From positions 2,101 to 66,100 of the forward strand of contig JANXAG010000002.1 in the NCBI GenBank assembly GCA_025062375.1: DNA of 64,000 bases. Reading direction: 5' to 3'. Positions 30,604 through 41,419 of this stretch are shown here, one piece after another. Positions within the stretch are counted from its first letter, which is position 1. Each line of letters starts with the position of its first letter. This DNA is from Anaerolineae bacterium (GTDB lineage Bacteria; Chloroflexota; Anaerolineae; SpSt-600). The position numbers were made by a program, and so were the translations under genes. The notes below the pieces were generated by a model. It saw only the letters and a program-made list of their open reading frames with translations. It was not told the DNA's origin and searched no databases.

Positions 30604-33052
30604 CATCGGATTCTTTATCCTCCCGTTTATCAGCAAAAACAATCTTAAAGACCTCATCCACGTGCTCTACCAGGACGAAGTTCATCTCTTCCCGGATGTC
30701 CTTGGGGATTTCGGCCAGGTCGGGCTCATTGCGCTTGGGCAGAATTACCGTCCGTATCCCTGCCCTGTGGGCTGCCAGGACCTTTTCCTTGATCCCTCCC
30801 ACTGGTAGTACCTGCCCCCTCAGGGTTATTTCTCCGGTCATGGCAACATCAGGACGGACCGGACGGTTGGTGAGGAGAGACACCAGGGCCACGGCCATGG
30901 TAATTCCCGCCGATGGGCCATCCTTGGGGATAGCTCCGGCAGGAACATGGAGGTGGATGTCATGCTTCTCAAAGAAATCATCTTCAAGGCCAAACTCTTT
31001 GGCTTTGGAGCGAACATAACTTAAGGCGGCCTGGGCCGATTCTTTCATGACTTCTCCAAGCTGGCCTGTCAATATAAAGCCTTTCCTTCCGGGCATCTTG
31101 GTAGCTTCTACAAAGAGGATATCGCCTCCGGTAGGGGTCCAGGCCACACCTGTGGCTACGCCCGGGATTTCGGTCCTTTCCATCACATCTGAGTAATACC
31201 TGGGCTTGCCCAGGTAATCCACCAGGTCTTTAACATCCACGTGGAAAGGCCCCTGTTCACCGGAGGCCACTCTGGTGGCAATCTTACGGCATATGGCTCC
31301 GATTTCCCTCTCCAGGTTTCGGACCCCGGCCTCACGGGTGTATTCCCTGATTATCTTGCGGATAGCTTCATCGGAAATTGTTACCTCATCCTGGCGAAGG
31401 CTGTTCTCCCGCAATTGCCTTGGCAGGAGGTATTTCTTGGCGATGTGGAGTTTTTCTTCTTCAGTGTAACCGGAGAGCTGGATTACCTCCATTCTATCCA
31501 GGAGGGCCGGGGGTATAGTGTCCAAGACGTTAGCAGTGGTGATGAACATAACCTGCGAAAGGTCAAAGGGCACATCCAGGTAATGGTCCCTGAACTCCCT
31601 GTTCTGTTCTGGATCCAGGACTTCCAGGAGGGCTGCGGCGGGGTCGCCCCGGAAATCAAGCCCGATTTTGTCCACCTCATCCAGCATGAAGACGGGGTTC
31701 TTGGTTCCGACCCTCCGGATGGCCTGGATTATTCGGCCGGGCAGGGCGCCAACGTAAGTCCGGCGGTGGCCCCTTATTTCGGCTTCATCCCGCACTCCTC
31801 CCAAGCTTATGCGGATGAACTTGCGACCCAGAGCCCTGGCTATGGACTGACCAAGGGAGGTTTTGCCCGTTCCTGGAGGACCTACAAAGCACAGGATTAC
31901 ACCTTCTCTCTCCCGGCGGATGTAGTCAGTAAGCTGGGCCTCTTCTCTTGCCCTCTCCTCTTTCCTGTCCTGTTTTAGCTTGCGGACAGCAAGATATTCA
32001 AGGATTCGCTCCTTCACCTTTTCAAGGTTATAGTGGTCTTCGTCCAAAATGCGCCTTGCCCGTTCTATGTCCAGGTTATCCTCGGTGGCCACATTCCAGG
32101 GCAGGCTCGTAAGCCAGTCCAGGTAAGTCCTGATGACGGAATATTCGGCAGCAGCGGGAGGCATTTTGCGCAAGCGTTCCAGCTCCCTCCTGGCTTCCTT
32201 TTCTGCCTCTTCTGGCATACCGGCCTTGGCTATTTTCTCCTCCAGCTCCCTTATCTCAAGGGCTTGCTCATCTTCCTCGCCCAGTTCCTTCTTTATGGCT
32301 TTGAGCTGTTCCCTGAGGAAGAATTCCCGCTGAAGCCTTTCCATCTCGGCCTGAGCCTGGCTCTGAATCTTGCGGCCCAGCTCCAGGACTTCCAGCTCCC
32401 TGGTGAGGATAGTATTGAGCTTGTGGAGTTTATCCCGCACGTGGTCCAATTCCAGAAGCTCCTGAGCTTCTTTAACGTCCATCCTCACTGTAGTAGCTAT
32501 GAGGTAGGCCAACTGCCTTGGGTCATCCACGTTCAGGACCGCCGCCATTAGCTCTTCGGGGAGGTGTGGAGCAAGGGATACCAGGCGCCGGAAGAGATCC
32601 ACACAGTTGCGCATCAGGGCTTCCACTTCTATGGTCTTTTCCACAATCTCGGGTGCTGGCCTCACCCTGGCCCTGAGGTATGGGACCTCCTGAGTGAACC
32701 TTTCAATCCGGAACCTCTCCACCCCCTGAACGATGAGGCGCAGAGTGCCATCGGGAGCTTTGAACAACCGGTGGATTATAGCCGCAGTGCCGGTCCAGAA
32801 AATGTCGTTGGGGCCTGGTTCCGGAATTTCGGCATCCTTGGCGGCCACAAGTCCTATCAACTTATTGCCTACCACTGCATCATCCACGAGTCTTATAGAT
32901 CTTGGCTGACCAACGCTCAAAGGAAACACCGTGAGAGGATAGGCCACCACCTTCCGCAAGGGAAGGATTGAAAGCTCCTCGGGAATTTCAACCCCGCTTT
33001 GAACCTCAACTTTCTGTTCCGGAACTTCTTCCTTCTTGAAGAAAAAGGCCAT
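30545..33052 (-). CDS. lon: ATP-dependent Lon protease
   Basis: 835 aa with Lon N domain, AAA+ module ([14 protein letters not shown]) and protease domain ([12 protein letters not shown]). A hydrophilic C-terminal tail is also present. Confidence 0.9.
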   Translation of the reverse strand: MAFFFKKEEVPEQKVEVQSGVEIPEELSILPLRKVVAYPLTVFPLSVGQPRSIRLVDDAVVGNKLIGLVAAKDAEIPEPGPNDIFWTGTAAIIHRLFKAPDGTLRLIVQGVERFRIERFTQEVPYLRARVRPAPEIVEKTIEVEALMRNCVDLFRRLVSLAPHLPEELMAAVLNVDDPRQLAYLIATTVRMDVKEAQELLELDHVRDKLHKLNTILTRELEVLELGRKIQSQAQAEMERLQREFFLREQLKAIKKELGEEDEQALEIRELEEKIAKAGMPEEAEKEARRELERLRKMPPAAAEYSVIRTYLDWLTSLPWNVATEDNLDIERARRILDEDHYNLEKVKERILEYLAVRKLKQDRKEERAREEAQLTDYIRREREGVILCFVGPPGTGKTSLGQSIARALGRKFIRISLGGVRDEAEIRGHRRTYVGALPGRIIQAIRRVGTKNPVFMLDEVDKIGLDFRGDPAAALLEVLDPEQNREFRDHYLDVPFDLSQVMFITTANVLDTIPPALLDRMEVIQLSGYTEEEKLHIAKKYLLPRQLRENSLRQDEVTISDEAIRKIIREYTREAGVRNLEREIGAICRKIATRVASGEQGPFHVDVKDLVDYLGKPRYYSDVMERTEIPGVATGVAWTPTGGDILFVEATKMPGRKGFILTGQLGEVMKESAQAALSYVRSKAKEFGLEDDFFEKHDIHLHVPAGAIPKDGPSAGITMAVALVSLLTNRPVRPDVAMTGEITLRGQVLPVGGIKEKVLAAHRAGIRTVILPKRNEPDLAEIPKDIREEMNFVLVEHVDEVFKIVFADKREDKESDESKASYSGPDTGPSEPGTS

Positions 33053-33064
33053 ATTTTCACCTCC

Positions 33065-33493
33065 TCATTTTGAAGGCAAAAGGTCTATGGTTTCATGAGG
33101 CTTGAGTTTAATGGCTTTTGCCTTTGGGATTAAAACCTTAAGGAAGCCGTCTTCGTAAACGGCTTCAATTTTGTCTTCCTCAACAGGGCCCGGGATGTAA
33201 ACCTGGGTCTCAAAGCGACCGTAAAGGATTTCCATCTGCTGGTAAGTAAGCTTTTCAGCTGGATCCACCCGAACCCCGGAAATGGTTAGGGTGCGGGAAG
33301 AGAAAGAAATCTCAAAATCTTCGGGTTTCATCCCGGCCACTTCCACCTTCACCACAACGTGGGAATCGGTCTCATACACATCAGTAGGTGGCTTCCAGAC
33401 CCTTCGGGCGCGGGGTAAAGGGGTTATTGCCCCTTCAAAAAATTCCACCCGCCACCCGTAAATGCCATCCATCCAGTCTTTATCCTTTGCCAT
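33065..33493 (-). CDS. Hsp20/alpha-crystallin family small heat-shock protein
   Basis: Alpha-crystallin domain (DVYETDSHVVVKVEVAGMKPEDFEISF...). The ATG at 33493 follows GGGGGA with a 6-nt spacer. It lies immediately upstream of lon. Confidence 0.85.
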   Translation of the reverse strand: MAKDKDWMDGIYGWRVEFFEGAITPLPRARRVWKPPTDVYETDSHVVVKVEVAGMKPEDFEISFSSRTLTISGVRVDPAEKLTYQQMEILYGRFETQVYIPGPVEEDKIEAVYEDGFLKVLIPKAKAIKLKPHETIDLLPSK

Positions 33494-33524
33494 CTTAATT
33501 CCCCCATCTATGGTTTCCATTTTG

Positions 33525-33553
33525 ATTTTACCATACAAGCTATCAAGTTACAA
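33525..33553 (-). promoter_or_regulatory. candidate sigma-70 promoter for hsp20-lon
   Basis: On the minus strand: TTGTAA, 17-nt spacer, TAAAAT, ending about 25 nt upstream of the hsp20 start. Confidence 0.4.
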
Positions 33554-33755
33554 GCATTTTGAAGCCGTCCGAACTCCTGCTCGGGAGATCTTCCACTTCC
33601 GTAAGCTCAGAGCCAACATGGTTCCAGGACTCTTTCGCGAGCGGGTCGCAAACCGCATTTTGCTCGTGCAGGCCTTAAACTCTTACGCAGATGAATCCTG
33701 CTGAGGGGCGGAGGCTATGGATGTTAGCGGGGATTGAGGCTCAGCTCAACGCACT

Positions 33756-34628
33756 TTACATATCGAGGGGCTCGCTGCTTTCCCCAGGGAATATCTTTAA
33801 AAGCCTTGCTGCATTTTCCCCCAGGATCCGTTCAAGACCTCGCTGGGATAGGCCTGAATTTTTCACCTGTTCTACAAATGGGCCTGGTCTTACCAGGGGA
33901 AAATCAGTGCCAAAGAGGATTTTGTAGCGCAGAAGTTCCCCTACTATGGGGAATATCTGGATGTCATAGAGGAAAGGCGTGGCAGCGGTATCGTAGTAAA
34001 CGCGGCTCAACCTTTCCCTCACTTTGGGCATGAGTTCATAGAAGGGAAGACCACCACCCCAGTGGCTGCAGACGAGGGTCAGCTCCGGGTGGTGCTGGAT
34101 AAAGTTATAGACGATCCCAGGGCTTATGGTGCCCTTGCCCCGGTAGTTGTGGCCCACAGGCTCGCTGGTGTGGACCATCAAGGGAACATCGTAGGCCACG
34201 GCCGCCGCTACTATGGGCGTCATTATATCCTCATCATCCAGAGCATAGCCCTGACCATTGGGCATAAGCTCTCCTATTCCTCTCATCCCGCCCTCTATGC
34301 AACGCTCTATCTCGCGCACCGCTTCATTCCCAGCCCTCGGCTGGACAGCAACAAAGCCATAGATCCGGCCTGGATAACGCTTCATAACATCCAGAACATA
34401 GTCATTGCAACAGCGGCACAAACCCATATCGGACCAGGCAAAGGAAAAAGCCACCGCTGCATCTATCCCATCCTCATCCATCACTTGGATAAGTTCTTCC
34501 GCTGTAATCATCCTGGCCCTTGGGCTGGAATAAAGCACCTCAAACCACCGATCTCTCCGGAAGAACTTTTCCCGGTTTTTAATCACCTCAGGAGGGAAAA
34601 TATGGACGTGGAAGTCAATTATCCTCAC
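33756..34628 (-). CDS. amidohydrolase-2 family (TIM-barrel metal-dependent hydrolase)
   Basis: Family HxH motif in MRIIDFHVHIF, with later conserved His and Asp residues. GTG start 5 nt after GAGGAGG. Confidence 0.7.
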   Translation of the reverse strand: MRIIDFHVHIFPPEVIKNREKFFRRDRWFEVLYSSPRARMITAEELIQVMDEDGIDAAVAFSFAWSDMGLCRCCNDYVLDVMKRYPGRIYGFVAVQPRAGNEAVREIERCIEGGMRGIGELMPNGQGYALDDEDIMTPIVAAAVAYDVPLMVHTSEPVGHNYRGKGTISPGIVYNFIQHHPELTLVCSHWGGGLPFYELMPKVRERLSRVYYDTAATPFLYDIQIFPIVGELLRYKILFGTDFPLVRPGPFVEQVKNSGLSQRGLERILGENAARLLKIFPGESSEPLDM

Positions 34629-34638
34629 GGCAACCTCC

Positions 34639-36105
34639 TCACAGAGGTGGCCTCCTCAAATGCCAGGAATTAGCCTGCTCATAAGCGTAAGCAACTTTCA
34701 GGATTATCTCCTCGCCGAAGGCGGGCCCCATTATCTGGAAGCCGACGGGCAAACCCCCGGAGAAGCCGCAGGGAATGGATATAGCGCATATCCCCGCCAG
34801 GTTAACAGGGATAGTGAAAACGTCGGAAAGATACATTTTGAGGGGATCCTCCACCTTTTCCCCGAGCTTGAAAGCCACCGTAGGGGAGGTTGGAGCTACG
34901 ATCACATCAACTTTCTCAAAGGCTTCGTCAAAATCCTTTTTGATAAGGGTGCGGACTTTCTGGGCCTTGAGGTAATAAGCATCGTAGTATCCGGCCGAAA
35001 GGGCATAGGTTCCCAGCATTATACGCCTTTTGACTTCCGGCCCGAAGCCGTTGCCCCTGGTTAAGCGATATTCATCCCAAAGATCAGAAGCGGGCAAATG
35101 AAGCCCGTATTTAACCCCATCGTAACGGGCCAGGTTGGCCGACGCTTCCGCCGGAGCAATGAGGTAGTAAGCGGGAAGGGCATATTCAGTATGAGGCAAA
35201 CTTATTTCCACCACTTCTGCCCCGAGCTCTTCCAGGCATTCTATGGCTTCGCGTATAGCTCTTTCAACTCCCTCCTCCATCCCTTCAATGAAATATTCCT
35301 TCGGCACCCCCACTCTGACCCCCTTTATTTCGGGGATGAGGGCTTTAAAGTAATCAGGGACGGGAATATCAACAGAAGTTGAATCCTTCGGATCGTGGCC
35401 AGCTATGATGGAAAGCATCAGGGCTGCATCCGTAACGTCCTTAACTATAGGGCCGATCTGGTCCAGAGAGGAAGCATAGGCTATAAGGCCGAAACGGCTG
35501 ACCCGTCCATAGGATGGCTTAAGGCCTGTCACTCCACAGAAAGCAGCGGGCTGGCGAACACTCCCTCCAGTATCGGTGCCCAAGGAGCCAAAGCATTCCC
35601 CTGCCGCTACTGCAGCAGCGCTCCCTCCACTTGACCCCCCAGGAACCCTCTCCAGATCCCATGGATTGCGGGTGGGGAAAAAGCCTGAGTTTTCCGTTGA
35701 AGAGCCCATTGCAAACTCGTCCAAGTTTGTCTTACCCACTATGACTGCTCCCGCCTCCTTCAGCCTGACTACAACTGTGGCATCGTAAGGGGGAACGAAA
35801 TTTTCCAGGATGCGTGAGCCACAGGTGGTACGAATCCCTTCAGTGCATATTATGTCCTTTATGGAAATGGGAACCCCAAGGAGAGGGCTGAAATCTTCCC
35901 CAGCCCGACGGTAACGCTGGATTTTCTCATCGGCGAGGCGAGCCTGCTCCAGAGCCTGTTCCGGAGTTAAAGTTATGTAAGCTTTGACGAGGTTTTCCAC
36001 CCCCTCAATCCGCCGGAGGACTGCCTCCGTGAGCTCAAAGGAAGTTACCTGTCCTTCTTTAAGGAGTTTGTGCGCCTGATGGATGGTCAAATGATGGAGG
36101 TCCAT
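34639..36105 (-). CDS. gatA: Asp-tRNA(Asn)/Glu-tRNA(Gln) amidotransferase subunit A
   Basis: Amidase signature [14 protein letters not shown] and full-length GatA similarity. Confidence 0.9.
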   Translation of the reverse strand: MDLHHLTIHQAHKLLKEGQVTSFELTEAVLRRIEGVENLVKAYITLTPEQALEQARLADEKIQRYRRAGEDFSPLLGVPISIKDIICTEGIRTTCGSRILENFVPPYDATVVVRLKEAGAVIVGKTNLDEFAMGSSTENSGFFPTRNPWDLERVPGGSSGGSAAAVAAGECFGSLGTDTGGSVRQPAAFCGVTGLKPSYGRVSRFGLIAYASSLDQIGPIVKDVTDAALMLSIIAGHDPKDSTSVDIPVPDYFKALIPEIKGVRVGVPKEYFIEGMEEGVERAIREAIECLEELGAEVVEISLPHTEYALPAYYLIAPAEASANLARYDGVKYGLHLPASDLWDEYRLTRGNGFGPEVKRRIMLGTYALSAGYYDAYYLKAQKVRTLIKKDFDEAFEKVDVIVAPTSPTVAFKLGEKVEDPLKMYLSDVFTIPVNLAGICAISIPCGFSGGLPVGFQIMGPAFGEEIILKVAYAYEQANSWHLRRPPL

Positions 36106-36116
36106 CGCTGGGCCCT

Positions 36117-36404
36117 TTATTCCAAGACTGCCCTGACTTTTACATAGCCCTCAGCCTTTTGAGGGGCATTAGCCAGGATTTTATCCCTTTCAAAAGAATG
36201 GCCTGGAATATCCTCGCGCATCACATTGCGTAGAGGGAGAACCGTAGCCGTGGGCGGTATAGCTGAAGTATCCACTTCCTGAAGCCTGGCAAAGTATTCC
36301 AGGATAGCCGAAAGCTGCCGCTGCATTCTTTCTTTTTCTTCTTCAGTTAGATAAAGTTTTGCTAATTCGGCTATGTGCTCCACTTCTTCCTTGGTTATGG
36401 CCAT
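36117..36404 (-). CDS. gatC: Asp-tRNA(Asn)/Glu-tRNA(Gln) amidotransferase subunit C
   Basis: 95 aa with GatC-like [15 protein letters not shown], sitting directly upstream of gatA. Confidence 0.85.
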   Translation of the reverse strand: MAITKEEVEHIAELAKLYLTEEEKERMQRQLSAILEYFARLQEVDTSAIPPTATVLPLRNVMREDIPGHSFERDKILANAPQKAEGYVKVRAVLE

Positions 36405-36407
36405 ACA

Positions 36408-37367
36408 TTATCCCCCCAGCATACCCTTTATGATGATATCAACTGCCTCTTCTTCCGAAAGGCCGCGGGCCATCAGAGTCTCAAGCCCCTTTTTATCTAC
36501 AGTTCCTATAGCTGCCTCATGGGTTACGTGAGCGGTAGGATCTCTCACCAAAACAATCGGAATAGCGTTGGCGATGGCTTCATCTCGCACGATCTCTATG
36601 CAATCCAGGTGCCCACGGGTGAAGGGGGCATTGCCCTCGGTGATGCCGTGAACTTCGCTTCTGGCCTTTCCCCTTACCGCTATGCGGGCTTTCGTTAACC
36701 CCCTGGCTCTTTCCCCGTTAAGGCGTATGGTCTCTTTTATAATGATTGAATCTTCCCCATAACCGTAAGCTTTAGCCACCAGCTCTGCCACACCCTTTGG
36801 TCCCACATCCACTACATAGTTTAGCTCCAACTTGCCCACCCGCCCGGAGGTCAGGACAAATTCTGAAAAATAGCGGCCTTCTTCTTCCACGATAACCTTT
36901 GCTTGCGGCAGGACTACTGTCCCACCATGTTCGCCGTGGTAATGGCTCTCGCGATAATGCATCAATGCACCCTTGCTCACGCGGACTTCAGCATCCATAA
37001 CGTGTCTGACATTCACAGCATTGGGAAAAGTGCAATGGGTGACGAAAGCTACCCACGCTCCTTCTCCTATTTCAAACTGGGAGTAAATCTCTTGCTCACC
37101 CTCCTTAGGCAAGAGTCCGAAACAAAGGTGCACCGGATATTCCAGACGAACCCCCGGCTCCACTTTTACCCTGGCCCTTACGCCCGAAGGAAGCTCTTCA
37201 GACTCCAGGCGGATTCCAGGGATTTCGTTGACCAGAAGGACTTTATTGCCACTTACCACAAGGCTGGCAATGCGAGGGGACCTGAAGACCTCCGGTTTAC
37301 CCCCCGCCTTCTCATAAGCTTTCACTATGGCCTCAAAATCTGTAGATATCCTATAAGTAACGCTCAT
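36408..37367 (-). CDS. SufB/SufD family Fe-S cluster assembly protein
   Basis: Conserved C-terminal block of the SufB/SufD family (GHLDCIEIVRDEAIANAIPIVLV...THEAAIGTVD). Overlaps sufC. Confidence 0.75.
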   Translation of the reverse strand: MSVTYRISTDFEAIVKAYEKAGGKPEVFRSPRIASLVVSGNKVLLVNEIPGIRLESEELPSGVRARVKVEPGVRLEYPVHLCFGLLPKEGEQEIYSQFEIGEGAWVAFVTHCTFPNAVNVRHVMDAEVRVSKGALMHYRESHYHGEHGGTVVLPQAKVIVEEEGRYFSEFVLTSGRVGKLELNYVVDVGPKGVAELVAKAYGYGEDSIIIKETIRLNGERARGLTKARIAVRGKARSEVHGITEGNAPFTRGHLDCIEIVRDEAIANAIPIVLVRDPTAHVTHEAAIGTVDKKGLETLMARGLSEEEAVDIIIKGMLGG

Positions 37368-38100
37368 AGTCCCTGGAAGTCTCCACAGGTTCTACCAGTT
37401 CACAGGGCAGGCAGCGGCGAGCGTAGTGCTCCCGCACAACCTTTGGATCGCCAGTGCGGATTATTTCCCCACCGCATATAAGGGAAGCAACATCGGCTAC
37501 GGGAACCATTTCATCCCTGTGAGTTATGAGGATGACCGTGATGCCCTCGCGAGCCATCCGGCGTATCAGGCGAGCAATGTCATCAAGGGAAAGAACGTCA
37601 ATGCCCGAGTCAGGCTCGTCCAGAATAACCAGTTTCGGGTGCATGGCGTATACAGCGGCCAGCTCAACGCGCTTACGCTCCCCTCCCGAAAGGCTTTCAT
37701 CCACAAATCGGTCCATGTATTCGGCGGGAGGAAGAGCTACCGCTTTCAGTGCCTCTTCAATGCGTGGGAGGGATGGTTCTCTCATCCCCAGCGCTATGTA
37801 ATCTTTAACCTTTAAACCCTCAAAACGAGCTGGCTCCTGCCAGGCCAGGGTTATGCCGAGTCTCGCCCTCTCGGTGATGGAAAAGCCCGTAATGTCCTGC
37901 CCCTTAAAGAGAATTCTCCCCCGCGAGGGGTTGTATCCTCCGGAGCCGATAAGGGTGTAAGCTAAGGTCGATTTGCCAGAACCATTGCGACCCAAAAGGC
38001 AATGGATTGTGCCTTCTTCCACCACCAGATTAACCCCCCGCAGTATTTCCTTTCCTTCCCTTTCCAGCCACAACTCTTCAACTCTCAGGATTTCCCCCAT
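37351..38100 (-). CDS. sufC: Fe-S cluster assembly ATPase SufC
   Basis: ABC ATPase with SufC-like LGRNGSGKSTLAYTLIG and the SufC-specific layout. The ATG at 38100 follows GAGAGGTG with a 6-nt spacer. Confidence 0.8.
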   Translation of the reverse strand: MGEILRVEELWLEREGKEILRGVNLVVEEGTIHCLLGRNGSGKSTLAYTLIGSGGYNPSRGRILFKGQDITGFSITERARLGITLAWQEPARFEGLKVKDYIALGMREPSLPRIEEALKAVALPPAEYMDRFVDESLSGGERKRVELAAVYAMHPKLVILDEPDSGIDVLSLDDIARLIRRMAREGITVILITHRDEMVPVADVASLICGGEIIRTGDPKVVREHYARRCLPCELVEPVETSRDYERYL

Positions 38101-38304
38101 AGTCCACACCTCTCTTTTAACTATAACCTATAACGGGTGCATAGTCAAATAAACTATGAGGCCGTTTGTATCAAAACTTCCCAGCTAAACCTACGGGCTC
38201 ACTCATGAGCTCATCGTTGGACATGGCAACGCCATGCCTCTGGAATTTCCCAGAGAACCGAGCTTTCGTGGGCCGGGGTTTGGCCTGGATGTGTTCGCCG
38301 CCGG

Positions 38305-39078
38305 TTAAATTGCGACGGAAACGCTGGAATCTTCCAGAATTTCCAGCAGACCTTTCTCCCACCGGACAAGCTCTTCAAGGTAGCGCTCCCGAGGTCGCGG
38401 AATATCTATCGTAAAAGTGGCCTTAACTGTGCCAGGCCTCGGGGTTAAGACTACGATGCGGTCGGCAAGGGTGAGAGCCTCACGGATGCTGTGGGTCACG
38501 AAAAGGACGGTTTTGCCGTACTCCATCCATATGCGCTCTAACTCTCTCTGGAGCTGTCTCCTCGTTATCGCATCAACGGAAGCGAAAGGCTCATCCATCA
38601 ACAGCAGCTCGGGGTCCACGGCGAGAGCACGTGCAAGAGCCACCCGCTGCTGCATTCCCCCTGAAAGTTCGTGAGGGTAAAAATTTTCAAATCCCGCAAG
38701 CCCAACCTTCTGGATGAGGCCACAGGAGATGCGCTTCCGCTCCTCCGGAGGAATGCCCGCCATCCTTAATCCGAATTCCACGTTCCCTTTAACCGTTAAC
38801 CAGGGGAACAGCGTATACTCCTGGAAAATGATGACACGCTCTTTGCTCCACCCTTCAACTCTGCGTCCTTTGAAAAGCACTTCACCTTCAGAGGGTCTCT
38901 CCAAGCCTGCCACTATCTGCAGCAGGGTGGTTTTCCCGCATCCTGAAGGGCCGATTATGGCTATGAATTCCCCTTTTTCTACCTCAAAACTTACCCCTCT
39001 GAGAGCCTGAATCTCTCCATTGCTCGTTTTAAAGGCCTTACAGACCCCGTGCAGTTTCAAAAAACTCATAGGCTTCAA
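38305..39078 (-). CDS. ABC transporter ATP-binding protein (nitrate/sulfonate/bicarbonate NitT/TauT family)
   Basis: Walker A GPSGCGKTT, signature LSGGMQQRVALARAL, and NitT/TauT-like overall sequence. Confidence 0.8.
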   Translation of the reverse strand: MKPMSFLKLHGVCKAFKTSNGEIQALRGVSFEVEKGEFIAIIGPSGCGKTTLLQIVAGLERPSEGEVLFKGRRVEGWSKERVIIFQEYTLFPWLTVKGNVEFGLRMAGIPPEERKRISCGLIQKVGLAGFENFYPHELSGGMQQRVALARALAVDPELLLMDEPFASVDAITRRQLQRELERIWMEYGKTVLFVTHSIREALTLADRIVVLTPRPGTVKATFTIDIPRPRERYLEELVRWEKGLLEILEDSSVSVAI

Positions 39079-39826
39079 GCCCTTTTCTCCATTTCAATAT
39101 CCTGCGTTCCAGAAGCCTCAGGAGGACGTCAAGGCCCAGTCCCAGAGTGCCCACAATCATCATTCCAAGCAGGATATCCTCAGTCCGAAAAAGATTGCGA
39201 GCCTCAATCATCATAAAGCCTATGCCGCCCCTCACGGCTACCATTTCGGCTGCGATTACGCACATCCAGGCCAGGCCCAAACCGATACGCATTTGCGCCA
39301 GGATAGCCGGTGCCAGGTAAGGCAGGACAATGTGAAAAATGGCTTGAGAAGGTGTGGCTCCCAGGGTAAGGCCGGCTTTAATCAGGCGTTTATCCACAGC
39401 TTTAGTTGCGGACAGAGTTCCAACGAGCATGGCGAAAACCGTGCCGATAAAGATTATGAAAACGGCGGGAGCATTGCCGATGCCAAACCAGAGGATAGCC
39501 AGGGGTATCCAGGCAGGCGGGGCCAGAGGCCTCAGAAGGTGAATGAGCATGTCAAAATACTCTTCTAAAGAAGGCATGAGACCGAGTAAAATGCCAGCAG
39601 GAATAGCGACAGTAAAGGCAATGGAGAACCCAAGCAGCACCCTCCAAACGCTTTCCCACACATAAGCAAAGATAAAGCCTTTGACGAACAACTCCTTACC
39701 CCTCAACAGGACCTGGCTAACCGGTGGGAGCAATATGGGGTCTATGATTTTAAATCTGGGCAAAATCTCCCAGAGGGCCAGGAGCACAACCGGGGCGAGC
39801 AGACGCCTGCAAATCTTGGCTGACAT
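39038..39826 (-). CDS. ABC transporter permease (NitT/TauT family)
   Basis: 6-TM BPD-transporter-like permease, overlapping the ATPase gene by 41 nt. Confidence 0.8.
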   Translation of the reverse strand: MSAKICRRLLAPVVLLALWEILPRFKIIDPILLPPVSQVLLRGKELFVKGFIFAYVWESVWRVLLGFSIAFTVAIPAGILLGLMPSLEEYFDMLIHLLRPLAPPAWIPLAILWFGIGNAPAVFIIFIGTVFAMLVGTLSATKAVDKRLIKAGLTLGATPSQAIFHIVLPYLAPAILAQMRIGLGLAWMCVIAAEMVAVRGGIGFMMIEARNLFRTEDILLGMMIVGTLGLGLDVLLRLLERRILKWRKGLEAYEFFETARGL

Positions 39827-39827
39827 G

Positions 39828-40793
39828 CTACCTTCCTTTCAACGCCTTCTGGAGAAACTCCAGCGTTAGGAGTTTATCTTCCGGTGGAACTGTTTCAATA
39901 AATCCGTAGCGATGCATAAGCTCGGCCATGAGCTTTATCTCGTCGGGCTCAAACTCGCAACTAATAAGCATCTTATCGGGGGAAAGAGACTCTTCAACCA
40001 GATCCGGGTCAAAAGCTTTCAGATACTCTACTATCGTCTCCGCTGTTTCCCGAGGGTGCTCGTTGGCATAACGGACGGCTCTTACGTGCGCTCTGAGGAT
40101 CTTTTCCAGAACCCCGGGATACCTTTCGGCGAAGTCATTGCGGGCGATAACCACACAGCATGGGTGGTTTTCCCAGTAAGCAGTATAGTAGAACAGAATT
40201 TTCCCCCAGCCATCGCGCACTGCCTGTGTCATAAACGGTTCGGTATTTGAAGAAGCATCAACCTGCCCCGTTTTGAGGGCGCTTATCATATCCCCCAGCT
40301 TACTGAAATACACCAGGGTTACGTCTTTGTGCGGATCAAGCCCCGCTTCCTCCAGTGCCATGAGCAGGAGAACATCAAGTATAGAAGCCCTTATAGTAGC
40401 GATCTTTTTCCCTTTAAGGTCTTGGATGGATTCTATTCCACTATCTGCCCTGACGAGAAGCCCATCGCTACCTCGCCCGGTCATTGCTACGATGCGCACA
40501 GGGACTCCCTCCGCTATGGCAGCTATAGCTACTGTCACGGGCACCGCGCCCATCTGAAATTCCCCACGCTTAAGAGCTTCGATGATTTCAGTATTGGAAG
40601 GCACCAGCTTAACCTCAACATCAACGCCTTCGTCCCTGTAGAAGCCCAGCTTATCGGCAAGGTAAAATGGGGAGTGATCGTTAGCGGTGCGAACACCAAT
40701 AACCACTTTTGAAAGGGGTTTGGGGGAGCACGAACTGGGAAAGAAAACCATCAAAGCAACCAGCAGGGCGGGCACGATTCTCCGCATCTCCAA
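39828..40793 (-). CDS. ABC transporter substrate-binding protein, NMT1/THI5-like (SsuA/ThiY type)
   Basis: Signal peptide followed by an NMT1-like periplasmic domain. First gene of the three-gene transporter operon. Confidence 0.75.
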   Translation of the reverse strand: MEMRRIVPALLVALMVFFPSSCSPKPLSKVVIGVRTANDHSPFYLADKLGFYRDEGVDVEVKLVPSNTEIIEALKRGEFQMGAVPVTVAIAAIAEGVPVRIVAMTGRGSDGLLVRADSGIESIQDLKGKKIATIRASILDVLLLMALEEAGLDPHKDVTLVYFSKLGDMISALKTGQVDASSNTEPFMTQAVRDGWGKILFYYTAYWENHPCCVVIARNDFAERYPGVLEKILRAHVRAVRYANEHPRETAETIVEYLKAFDPDLVEESLSPDKMLISCEFEPDEIKLMAELMHRYGFIETVPPEDKLLTLEFLQKALKGR

Positions 40794-40815
40794 CCTCCTT
40801 CGGGGAGTTTAACTT

Positions 40816-40845
40816 ATATTATCCGTTAACCTGAAAGCTTGTCAA
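40816..40845 (-). promoter_or_regulatory. candidate promoter for the NitT-family ABC operon
   Basis: On the minus strand: TTGACA, 18-nt spacer, TAATAT, about 25 nt upstream of the substrate-binding protein start. Confidence 0.45.
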
Positions 40846-41038
40846 ATGTTTACCCAGCTGGCTAACCCCGAAAATTGAAGAGCGGGAAAGGGGGAACAAG
40901 GGGTGTAACATCCTTTCCTCCCCCATCTCACCCGCCCGCTGGCTTCAAAACGATGGCGAAATTTTCTCTCACGAGCGGGGAGAGAAGAGGGCCTTGGGGA
41001 ATGTCCTTTGTGAACTGCTATACCGCTCCTTTTGCGGC

Positions 41039-41287
41039 TCAGGCTGCGGCAAAACGCTCGTAGATATAGTTCACGGCATCGCCAACGGTGATAATCTTCT
41101 GGGCCTCCTCATCAGAAATAGTGCCACCGAAAGCTTCCTCAAAAGCCATCACGAGCTCTACCAAATCCAGAGAATCCGCTTCTAAATCTTCTCTGAACCG
41201 AGCCTCCAGCGTCACTTTCTCTTCGGGGACCCCCAAAACTTCCACGATTATTTTCTTTACCTTCTGGAAAATCTCCTCCTTGGTCAT
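41039..41287 (-). CDS. acpP: acyl carrier protein
   Basis: 82 aa with the phosphopantetheine attachment motif [18 protein letters not shown]. The ATG at 41287 follows GGGAGG. Confidence 0.85.
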   Translation of the reverse strand: MTKEEIFQKVKKIIVEVLGVPEEKVTLEARFREDLEADSLDLVELVMAFEEAFGGTISDEEAQKIITVGDAVNYIYERFAAA

Positions 41288-41419
41288 TTTTCCTCCCTCT
41301 TGTGGATGGTGGGATTCGTTCAAAGAAAATTAACCCTTAATTCGGAAAAAGGTTGCATTTCGGTGAAACCACCTGAGGGCTTTAAGGGTTTAAATTTAGA
41401 GAAACCTGAGAAGTGAGGA

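Noticed and set aside
33494-33700. Looked for a CIRCE/HrcA operator (TTAGCACTC-N9-GAGTGCTAA) upstream of hsp20-lon.
   Set aside because: No match was found. Only a short AGATCT-centred palindrome and a sigma-70-like promoter are present.
40794-41038. Possible TPP (THI-box) riboswitch upstream of the NMT1/THI5-like ABC transporter.
   Set aside because: The minus-strand leader lacks the conserved CTGAGA...ACCTGATCTGGATAATGCCAGCG elements. Only a TTGACA/TAATAT promoter was found.
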